A stretch of 63,110 nucleotides of DNA from Lachnospiraceae bacterium (GTDB lineage: Bacteria; Bacillota; Clostridia; Lachnospirales; Lachnospiraceae), in contig JAFXVI010000010.1 of assembly GCA_017524595.1 (NCBI GenBank), positions 1 through 63,110 on the forward strand, given 5' to 3'. Each line of letters opens with the position of its first letter. The stretch's first letter is position 1. The translations under genes were made by a program, and so were the position numbers. Positions 10,094 through 17,528 of the stretch are shown here, piece after piece. Below the pieces are notes generated by a model that ran no database searches, was not told where the DNA came from, and saw nothing but the letters and a program-made list of their open reading frames with translations.

Positions 10094-11177
10094 CTGATCC
10101 ACCATTATCATCAACAGGAGTCTCCGATACACCTGCCCCAATCTCTATGCTTGCATCTTCCATTTCGGTAATATCCCCGCCTGTAAGAACCGCCTCCCTG
10201 AGTGCGGGAACAAAAGACGCGTAATCCACCATACTTATATCAAGGTCCACCTGTTCATCAATACCCTTGATAAATCCGCGTTCAGTATATTGCCATATCG
10301 TAAAATCATACATGAAATCATTCTCGTCAAGATACTGTGGCGCCCAGAAATCATATTCCTGAAGCGCCTCATAATCAAGCTCCCGCCTGATCCAGTTCTC
10401 TGACGCATATATCATAGGATAATAACCTGCTTCCCTGATGCGCTCGCAAAACGCTATACACATCTTACTCCTTAAATCTTCATCGATCTCCTCTACGTTT
10501 GTCCTTGCCTGTGAATCCGAAACATACTCCGTGTCTATGGCTACCGGATAACTGATCTTATAATCTCTGATAAGATCCAGCGTAAAATCGGCTTCCTTCT
10601 CAGCCTCTTCAACGCTTACCGCCTGTGTAAAAAAATATACTCCCAGAGGAATATCCCTCTCGTTGCAGGCTCTTGCATATTCATCAAATTTTTCATCCTT
10701 CATAAGACCGCCTTCACTATATCCTCTGTAACCGCAGCGGAGCATGACGAATTCTATGCCTGATTCCTTAAGCTCATCCCAATTGACATACTCCTGATGA
10801 TAAGACAGGTCTATTCCCAGATGCGATATCTTGTTTCCCTCATCATCATGGTACGCCATAAACCCATCTTCTATATAGAAATTCTCCGTATTGAAAGAAT
10901 TGATCGGTATCTGCCCTAGTATCCTCTTCCTTGAAGGTATATAAACATTGGTTATATTTGTTTTGTCTTTATCCGAAACAATGACCTGAGGCTTATTAAC
11001 AGTTGCTGCTTCCTGCCAGTCTGCTTCCCCCTTTTCTGTCTGTGCTGCCTCTGTTCTGTTTTTGGAAAGGCTGCCCATGACATATCCTGCAGCCAGTCCG
11101 GCTGCAAAAAAGATAAGGCCAAGCATACCAAGCACGATATATAATTTGGTCCTGTTCTTAATCTTACTCACAATCAA
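10086..11177 (-). CDS. Membrane-anchored glycoside hydrolase family 25 muramidase (lysozyme)
   Basis: 363 aa. N-terminal TM (LYIVLGMLGLIFFAAGLAAGYVMG) followed by a GH25 core (GIDLSYHQEYVNWDELKESGIEFVMLRCGYRGY..., GVYFFTQA, AIDTE, WQYTERG). The start is uncertain: a TTG with no clear SD, and a TTGAAA-17-TAAAAT promoter ending 2 nt before it. Confidence 0.8.
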   Translation of the reverse strand: MIVSKIKNRTKLYIVLGMLGLIFFAAGLAAGYVMGSLSKNRTEAAQTEKGEADWQEAATVNKPQVIVSDKDKTNITNVYIPSRKRILGQIPINSFNTENFYIEDGFMAYHDDEGNKISHLGIDLSYHQEYVNWDELKESGIEFVMLRCGYRGYSEGGLMKDEKFDEYARACNERDIPLGVYFFTQAVSVEEAEKEADFTLDLIRDYKISYPVAIDTEYVSDSQARTNVEEIDEDLRSKMCIAFCERIREAGYYPMIYASENWIRRELDYEALQEYDFWAPQYLDENDFMYDFTIWQYTERGFIKGIDEQVDLDISMVDYASFVPALREAVLTGGDITEMEDASIEIGAGVSETPVDDNGGSDE

Positions 11178-11231
11178 TAATTTTACATGAAAGAATACGT
11201 TTTTTCAAGATATGCGATATACATGAACATA

Positions 11232-11262
11232 CATAAGAAAAGAGATGCTCCCAGCATCTCTT
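11232..11262 (-). terminator. Rho-independent terminator of the cold-shock gene
   Basis: 10-bp stem AAGAGATGCT/AGCATCTCTT (11240-11262) with a 3-nt loop, followed on the minus strand by TTTTCTTAT. Confidence 0.7.
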
Positions 11263-11387
11263 AACCTAATCCCTGTTACTACGTCTGCAATTCCCCTAAC
11301 ATAAACCTATTTCCAATCCAGTCCGAAACCACGTCCCGATGAAAGTATATTATATATAGTAGAAAAGGCACAAGCTGAATAACCAGA

Positions 11388-11585
11388 TTATAACTTCGTA
11401 ACGTTTGTTGCCTGAGGTCCCTTCTCACCCTGCACTACATCGAACTCAACAGCAGCGCCCTCATCGAGAGACTTGAAGCCTTCCATGTTAAGTCCTGAAT
11501 AGTGAACGAATACGTCCTGACCCTGCTCATCAGAGATAAATCCGTATCCCTTCTGGTTGTTGAACCACTTTACTGTACCCTTCAT
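11388..11585 (-). CDS. csp: Cold-shock protein, CspA family
   Basis: 65 aa: [30 protein letters not shown], carrying the RNP1/RNP2 motifs. Confidence 0.95.
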   Translation of the reverse strand: MKGTVKWFNNQKGYGFISDEQGQDVFVHYSGLNMEGFKSLDEGAAVEFDVVQGEKGPQATNVTKL

Positions 11586-11643
11586 TGTAGTACCTCCAAT
11601 AAAAAAATAGAATTAATAGCACGATGCCTAAAACATCTTCTTG

Positions 11644-11672
11644 ATAATATCATATTTAAAAAAACTTGTAAA
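11644..11672 (-). promoter_or_regulatory. sigma-A-type promoter of csp
   Basis: Minus strand: TTTACA (11672-11667), 17 nt spacer, TATTAT (11649-11644). This leaves a ~50-nt 5' UTR. Confidence 0.5.
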
Positions 11673-11710
11673 CAACAAAATAAGCTCTGTCCTGACTTGC
11701 CGGACGGCTG

Positions 11711-12844
11711 CTAAGAAGGCGGCATCTGGGTCATTGCCTGTACGCTCGCCTGCTGCTGCCTGTGCTGCTGTTCAAGCATCTCAAGCTGCCTTGACATCTC
11801 ATATATATCCATATGCGCCCTTTGGAATGCTGATACAACAGTCGGATCGAACTGAAGACCTGCTGCCTGGGTGATTATATTATATGCCTGTTCATGTGTC
11901 TTACTCTGCCTGTATGATCTGGTAGATACCAGAGCATCGTAAGTATCCGCCACTGACAAAATCCTTGCAAGTATCGGAATGTTCACGCCCATCAAATGGT
12001 CGGGATATCCTCCACCGTCATATCTCTCATGATGGTAACGCGCCATCTGGTATGTATAATTGAGGAACTTGCTGTTAGGGATGAGATATGAGTAACGCTG
12101 GATAGCATTCGCTGCCAGCAGCGTGTGCCTCTTCATCATCTCGAACTCTTCGTCCGTATACTTTCCGGTTTTTTGAAGGATTGAATCCGGTATACCGATC
12201 TTACCCATGTCATGCAGCTGCGATGACAGGATGATAAGCTCAAAATCAGCCGGATCGATACCGTAATTAATGCCGGACATCAGCATTTCCTTAAGGATAA
12301 GTCCCATATATCTGGATACTGCAAGTGAACTCATTCCCGCAAAAGTATCCTTAACTGTTATAAGATCCGTGATAACGCCGATGATAAAATATTCAAGCTT
12401 AAGTGTATTCTGACTCGAAGACGAAAGAGACTGTTTCAGCTGTCCAAGATATGTTCCCAACTGTTTATTGCTGTCAAGGAGCTCCGTCTGCATCTCTATA
12501 CGTTTCTTAAGAACCTGTGTATTGATCGGCTTCCTGACAAAATCAGAAGCTCCAAGCCGGTATGCTTCAACCTCCGTTGTCGCATCCTTATCGCCCGATA
12601 TAAAGATCACGCGTATGTTCTTGGTCTTATCCGAAGTCTTTAAACGTGTCAGAACTTCAAAACCGCTCACACCCTGAAGGACAACGTCAATGATCATTAC
12701 ATCAGGCATGATCGTAGCCTTTCCAAGCCTTGTCAGCGCCTGTTTGCTGTTGTTCATAACCGTAACGTTATAATCCTTCTCAAGCGCCTTCTGCATCATG
12801 ACAAGCTCAACTTCACTGTTGTCCAAAATCATTACAGAGTACAT
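11711..12844 (-). CDS. Response regulator (REC) with HD-GYP c-di-GMP phosphodiesterase domain
   Basis: 377 aa. REC features present (acceptor D in VMIIDVVL, FVRKP). HD-GYP signatures are LHDMGKIGIPDSIL and HHERYDGGGYPDHL. ATG 12844 is preceded by GGAGG, and the gene overlaps the upstream gene by 13 nt. Confidence 0.85.
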   Translation of the reverse strand: MYSVMILDNSEVELVMMQKALEKDYNVTVMNNSKQALTRLGKATIMPDVMIIDVVLQGVSGFEVLTRLKTSDKTKNIRVIFISGDKDATTEVEAYRLGASDFVRKPINTQVLKKRIEMQTELLDSNKQLGTYLGQLKQSLSSSSQNTLKLEYFIIGVITDLITVKDTFAGMSSLAVSRYMGLILKEMLMSGINYGIDPADFELIILSSQLHDMGKIGIPDSILQKTGKYTDEEFEMMKRHTLLAANAIQRYSYLIPNSKFLNYTYQMARYHHERYDGGGYPDHLMGVNIPILARILSVADTYDALVSTRSYRQSKTHEQAYNIITQAAGLQFDPTVVSAFQRAHMDIYEMSRQLEMLEQQHRQQQASVQAMTQMPPS

Positions 12845-13602
12845 TCAATAACCTCCGAAAGCTTAAGACTTCCCCCGAAAAGCTCAAGAGCACTTCCAAC
12901 GGTGACATCTATATGTCCACGGCCTATATCCTTAATAAGCCTGATATCATCAAGGCTCGAAATACCGCCTGCATATGTAATAGTATACGGAAGATAAGCC
13001 AATATATCAATTACTTTTTCGTCAATTCCCGATTTCTTCCCCTCCACGTCCACCGCATGGATAAGAAATTCATCACAGTATTCCGACAACCTGTCAAAAA
13101 TCTCCGCCTCAAGAATATGCTCTGTAAAATGCTGCCATCTGTCCGTTACAATAAAATACGCCCCGTCACGAAACCGGCAGCTTAGATCGAGCACGATCCG
13201 GCTGCTGCCAACAGCTGCCTTAAGATTTTTTAGCCTGTCCATATCTATAAGACCGTTCCTGAACACATATGAGGTAACGATCACATGTGAAGCACCCGCC
13301 TCAATAAACAGGGACGCATTATCCGCATTAATGCCTCCTCCGACCTGAAGCCCATCAGGATATGCACAAAGAGCCTTTAACGCTTCTGACTTTGTCTCTT
13401 CATACTCCAAAGTCCCGGAAGCATTCAGCATCGCTATATGTCCTCCGGAAAGTCCATATTTCTTATATATACCCGCATAGTAAGCCGCATCTTTATCGGA
13501 AATGAAATTCTCTGCCGTGTTCCTTCCGTCATCTCTTAGGCTTCCACCGACTATCTGTTTTACCTTTCCGTTATGTATGTCTATGCATGGCCTGAATCGC
13601 AT
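12832..13602 (-). CDS. hisA: Eukaryotic-type HisA (His6-like ProFAR isomerase)
   Basis: 256 aa. MRFRPCIDIHNGKVKQIVGGSL...LQVGGGIN...IVLDLSCR...FLIHAVDVEG...TYAGG is collinear with yeast His6 as I remember it (CIDLHNGEVKQIVGGTL). Confidence 0.75.
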   Translation of the reverse strand: MRFRPCIDIHNGKVKQIVGGSLRDDGRNTAENFISDKDAAYYAGIYKKYGLSGGHIAMLNASGTLEYEETKSEALKALCAYPDGLQVGGGINADNASLFIEAGASHVIVTSYVFRNGLIDMDRLKNLKAAVGSSRIVLDLSCRFRDGAYFIVTDRWQHFTEHILEAEIFDRLSEYCDEFLIHAVDVEGKKSGIDEKVIDILAYLPYTITYAGGISSLDDIRLIKDIGRGHIDVTVGSALELFGGSLKLSEVIECTL

Positions 13603-13607
13603 GATTT

Positions 13608-13628
13608 CCCCCGATCTTGTATCGGGGG
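13608..13628 (-). other. GC-rich hairpin that contains the probable SD of the hisA-like gene
   Basis: CCCCCGAT-5 nt-ATCGGGGG. On the mRNA the 3' arm GGGGG ends 5 nt before ATG 13602 and is the only SD-like element. No U-tract follows it. Confidence 0.35.
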
Positions 13629-13693
13629 AGCCCGCCGGCTTTGAGGCATCAATAAAATTCCGTCAGGAATTTTTTCATATTTCTACCCCCGAA

Positions 13694-15661
13694 TTATGAT
13701 TTTTCTACAAGAATACCCTCGCGATATGCCCTGAGCAGATCCTCAAGCTGGCATATCTGTTCCCTGATCTCGTAACCGGTATCCGTATCCGCAACCCTGA
13801 GCCTCATCGAAGCGCTCTCAACAATAAATGAATCCGATATGATATCGGTCTCCTTAAGTATGGCCGCCTCCTTAGACTCAAAAGGCTCATGCGCGGCTAT
13901 CCACATGCCGTGCGAATTATACACCAGCGTATAACCTGCAATCCCGGTCTTATTCTGATATGCTTTGGAAAACCCGCCGTCTATTACAAGCAGCTTGCCC
14001 CCGCACTTAATTGGACTTTCGCCCTTCTTCTGCTCTACCGGAACATGCCCGTTAACTATATGTGAGAACCTTTCATCAAGACCGAATTCCTTCAGTATCT
14101 TATTAACGGTAGCTTCATCATTAAGAAGCTCATAATATTTATTTTTTTTCTCAATGTGGGTGGATTTATCCTCGACAAAATAACGTTCAAAAGTCGCCAT
14201 CTTATCCTTGCCAAATACCGGCGAATTGGCATTTGTCCAGATATACCACAAAATATCCTTTCCTTTTTCTCTTTCCTGCGGATTGTCCGTGGTATAGTAA
14301 CCCTTCCGTGCATAATTCTCCAGCACATCATAGAGGCTCTTACCGCTGTACTCCTTACCAAACAGCATGACTTTCTTAAAATCGCCGTTTTCATCAAGCG
14401 GTACACAGCCATGATAGAGAAGATTTGAATTGAATATCTTATACATGCTGCCTTTGCTGTACATGAAACGCACATGCTTCTGCAGCTTCTCACTCCTGAC
14501 AAACGCATGCTGCAGCCGTTCCATAAGGTCAGCTTCGGCCTCAGTCAGCGTATACGGATCCTTTGGATCCACGGTAGGAAAATCTGTATCCTTCATCGGA
14601 TATTCCCTGCCGTCTATCAGCACCGTCTTCTTATCATAATCTATCTTATCAAGCAGCAGACGATCCTGCATTTCAAAATCGGGATACTTCTTAATAAGCT
14701 GACCTTCAAGCTTGAACTGTATGATTGACATTGCCTTATGCATCATCTTGTCAAGCTCCACATACTTGATATCATAATCCCTGTTATATGATATCTTGAA
14801 TGCTTCACAGTCAACATCCTTGTATGTATCAAGGCAGAAAGTAACAAGCGGGATAAGATTGATGCCATATCCCTCCTCAAGAGTATCAAGATTCCCATAT
14901 CTTACAGACAGACGCACAACATTGGCTATGCATGCAAGCTGTCCGGCAGCCGCGCCCATCCAGACAACATCATGATTGCCCCACTGGATATCTACAGAAT
15001 GATAATTCCTGAGTGTATCCATAATGATATGCGGTCCGGGACCCCGGTCAAAAATATCACCTACTATATGCAGATGATCAATGACCAGACGCTGGATAAG
15101 GTTACTTAAAGCAACTATGAAATCAGGAGCCCTTCCTATTCTTATGATAGTATGTATTATCTCGTTATAATATGCTTCCTTGTCCTGGACCTCAGCCTTC
15201 TCGGTAATGAGTTCCTCAATAACATAGGCAAAATCACCAGGCAGTGCCTTGCGCACCTTGGAACGTGTATATTTGCTCGCAACCCGCTTGGTTATCTGGA
15301 CAAGCCTGTGGAGCGTGATCTTGTACCAGTCCTCAATGTTTTCCTCCTCACGGGTAACTATATAAAGCTTCTCCTCCGGGTAATATATAAGAGTCGCCAG
15401 GCTCTTCTTGTCCTTGACGCTTAAAGTATTGCCGAATTCCTCATCGATCTTACGCTTAACAGAGCCTGAACCGTTCTTTACAACATGGTTGAACTGTTCA
15501 TACTCTCCATGGATATCGGTCATGAAATGCTCGGTACCTTTGGGAAGGTTAAGAATGGATTGAAGATTGATTATCTCCGTCGAAGCGGCCGCGATCGTCG
15601 GATATTTCTCCGCAAGAATCTTAAGATAATTCAGTTCGGTTCTGTCGATCTGTCTATTCAC
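13694..15661 (-). CDS. fbp: Fructose-1,6-bisphosphatase, class 3 (Firmicute type)
   Basis: 655 aa. The length and the metallophosphoesterase motifs (HIVGDIFDRGPGP, WGNHD) fit the Fbp/YydE family. Confidence 0.9.
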   Translation of the reverse strand: MNRQIDRTELNYLKILAEKYPTIAAASTEIINLQSILNLPKGTEHFMTDIHGEYEQFNHVVKNGSGSVKRKIDEEFGNTLSVKDKKSLATLIYYPEEKLYIVTREEENIEDWYKITLHRLVQITKRVASKYTRSKVRKALPGDFAYVIEELITEKAEVQDKEAYYNEIIHTIIRIGRAPDFIVALSNLIQRLVIDHLHIVGDIFDRGPGPHIIMDTLRNYHSVDIQWGNHDVVWMGAAAGQLACIANVVRLSVRYGNLDTLEEGYGINLIPLVTFCLDTYKDVDCEAFKISYNRDYDIKYVELDKMMHKAMSIIQFKLEGQLIKKYPDFEMQDRLLLDKIDYDKKTVLIDGREYPMKDTDFPTVDPKDPYTLTEAEADLMERLQHAFVRSEKLQKHVRFMYSKGSMYKIFNSNLLYHGCVPLDENGDFKKVMLFGKEYSGKSLYDVLENYARKGYYTTDNPQEREKGKDILWYIWTNANSPVFGKDKMATFERYFVEDKSTHIEKKNKYYELLNDEATVNKILKEFGLDERFSHIVNGHVPVEQKKGESPIKCGGKLLVIDGGFSKAYQNKTGIAGYTLVYNSHGMWIAAHEPFESKEAAILKETDIISDSFIVESASMRLRVADTDTGYEIREQICQLEDLLRAYREGILVEKS

Positions 15662-15699
15662 AATGATCTCCTAAGCTATATCACTATACCTGTCATTCA

Positions 15700-16455
15700 T
15701 CATCCAATGACATCTGACATTGTGTAATGTCCGGCACCCTTTCCCTTAAGGAACTTCGCTGCCTGTACGGCTCCTTTGGCAAATACGGCACGTGAATACG
15801 CCCTGTGAGAAAAGGTTACAACCTCATCCTGACCTGCAAAGATAACATCATGATCGCCAACTATCGTACCACCGCGTACTGCCGATATGCCCAGTTCTTT
15901 ACTGCCCCTTGGCTGCCTCACCTGACTCCTGTCATACACATAATCATATTCGCTGTTTCTTGCCTCATTGATCGAATCGGCAAGTGCAAGAGCTGTCCCG
16001 CTCGGAGCGTCAAGCTTGGTCCTGTGATGCTTCTCGACTATCTCAATATCAAATCCCGCATCGGCGAGCGTCCTTGCTGCTTCTGCAACAAGCTTTAATA
16101 GCACGTTTACTCCAAGTGACATATTGGCAGACTTAAGTATGGCTACCTCGGCACTGCAATCCTCAAGATGCTTAATCTGCTCTTCACTTAATCCCGTTGT
16201 ACATTCGACGCATGGAATCTTATGCTGTACACACCAGTCAAGCAAATGATCCACTGCACAGGCATTGCCAAAATCAATAACAGCATCTGCCTGTACATTA
16301 CAGTCATCAATATTTTCAAATACCGTAAAATCACTCAACTGTCCTCCGGCAACATCTACTCCGGCAACTATCTTTGCATTCTCATCATCTGCAACAATAT
16401 CAGTTATCATCCTTCCCATACGCCCGTTGCAGCCATGTAATATTATGTTAACCAT
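15700..16455 (-). CDS. dapB: 4-hydroxy-tetrahydrodipicolinate reductase
   Basis: 251 aa. MVNIILHGCNGRMGRMI (NAD-binding start) and EIVEKHHRTKLDAPSGTAL are the DapB signature. Confidence 0.9.
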   Translation of the reverse strand: MVNIILHGCNGRMGRMITDIVADDENAKIVAGVDVAGGQLSDFTVFENIDDCNVQADAVIDFGNACAVDHLLDWCVQHKIPCVECTTGLSEEQIKHLEDCSAEVAILKSANMSLGVNVLLKLVAEAARTLADAGFDIEIVEKHHRTKLDAPSGTALALADSINEARNSEYDYVYDRSQVRQPRGSKELGISAVRGGTIVGDHDVIFAGQDEVVTFSHRAYSRAVFAKGAVQAAKFLKGKGAGHYTMSDVIG

Positions 16456-16546
16456 CCTATCTCCTTATGTATAATGCCACTTCATTTCCATTCGACGGCC
16501 AATTACAGAACAGATCCTGAATATGACTTCGTCATATCTGTTCCTC

Positions 16547-17431
16547 CTACAGTACTCCGTAGTCTCTCATTGCTGCTTCAAGCTTCTTAGCGTTCTCAGG
16601 CTCCATCTCGGCAAGAGGCCTGCGCAGGATCCCACGATCCCTTCCCTGAAGCTGTACGCCCTTCTTAACAGGTATGGGATTGACCTCACAGAACAGGGCG
16701 TTACACAGAGGCAGCGCCTTAAGCTGCAGTTCACAGCTTTTCTTTACATCACCTGCAAGATAAGAAGCAACGATATCATGAGTCTGTCTGGGAGCCACAT
16801 TTGAAAGAACAGAGATGACTCCTAAGCCTCCGAGCGAAAGCAGGGGAACAATCTGGTCATCGTTTCCGGAATAAAGATCTATAGCACCGTCAGCAAGCTG
16901 CATCAGCTTTGCAACCTGCGATATATTACCGCTCGCTTCCTTGATCGCAACTATATTCTTAACATTCTTAGCCATATATGCAGCAGTCTCAGGCTGGATA
17001 TTACAACCGGTCCTGCTCGGTACGTTATACAGAATGATGGGGAGCTTCACACTGTCTGCAACCATGGTAAAGTGCTCTATCAGACCCTTCTGCGTTGCCT
17101 TATTATAATAAGGCGTTACAACAAGCAGCGCATCAACTCCAAACTTCTCCGCTTCCGTTGACAGATATATCGCTGTTTCTGTGCAGTTGGAACCTGTTCC
17201 GGCTATGACCGGCAACCGCTTGTTAACAACTTCGGCACAGAATCTGATGCAGTCAAGGTGCTCCTCATGCGAGAGACAGGAAGCCTCGCCTGTTGTTCCG
17301 CATACGATGATAGCATCTGTCCCGTTCGCTATCTGATACTCGATCTGTTCCCTGAACAGATCGTAATCAACTTCTCCATTCTCTTTAAAAGGTGTCGTTA
17401 TTGCAACACCAGCTCCGGTAAATATTGCCAT
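16547..17431 (-). CDS. dapA: 4-hydroxy-tetrahydrodipicolinate synthase
   Basis: Contains GAGVAITTPF, IVCGTTGE, YNVPSRTG and IKEASG. ATG 17431 lies 6 nt after AAGGAGG and is preferred over the upstream start in the track. Confidence 0.9.
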   Translation of the reverse strand: MAIFTGAGVAITTPFKENGEVDYDLFREQIEYQIANGTDAIIVCGTTGEASCLSHEEHLDCIRFCAEVVNKRLPVIAGTGSNCTETAIYLSTEAEKFGVDALLVVTPYYNKATQKGLIEHFTMVADSVKLPIILYNVPSRTGCNIQPETAAYMAKNVKNIVAIKEASGNISQVAKLMQLADGAIDLYSGNDDQIVPLLSLGGLGVISVLSNVAPRQTHDIVASYLAGDVKKSCELQLKALPLCNALFCEVNPIPVKKGVQLQGRDRGILRRPLAEMEPENAKKLEAAMRDYGVL

Positions 17432-17528
17432 ATCCATCCTCCTTATAAACGTATTTACCAACCTGTCGGTATTTTATTACAGAATTCCATTAACCTTGAT
17501 AATACCGGTTTGAAAGTTCATATGTGTA

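Noticed and set aside
10086-11177. The GH25 lysozyme as a prophage endolysin marking a mobile element.
   Set aside because: No holin, terminase, capsid, tail, integrase or attachment-site repeats are nearby. The enzyme has its own N-terminal membrane anchor and is translationally coupled to a T2SS-F gene.
14092-14508. A 138-aa same-strand, alternative-frame ORF inside fbp.
   Set aside because: It is embedded entirely within a well-supported 655-aa class-3 FBPase frame. The composition is Arg/Cys-rich and non-protein-like, and there is no SD.
17432-17528. Possible lysine (L-box) riboswitch upstream of dapA.
   Set aside because: The gap is under 100 nt, far shorter than an L-box, and lacks its conserved helices.
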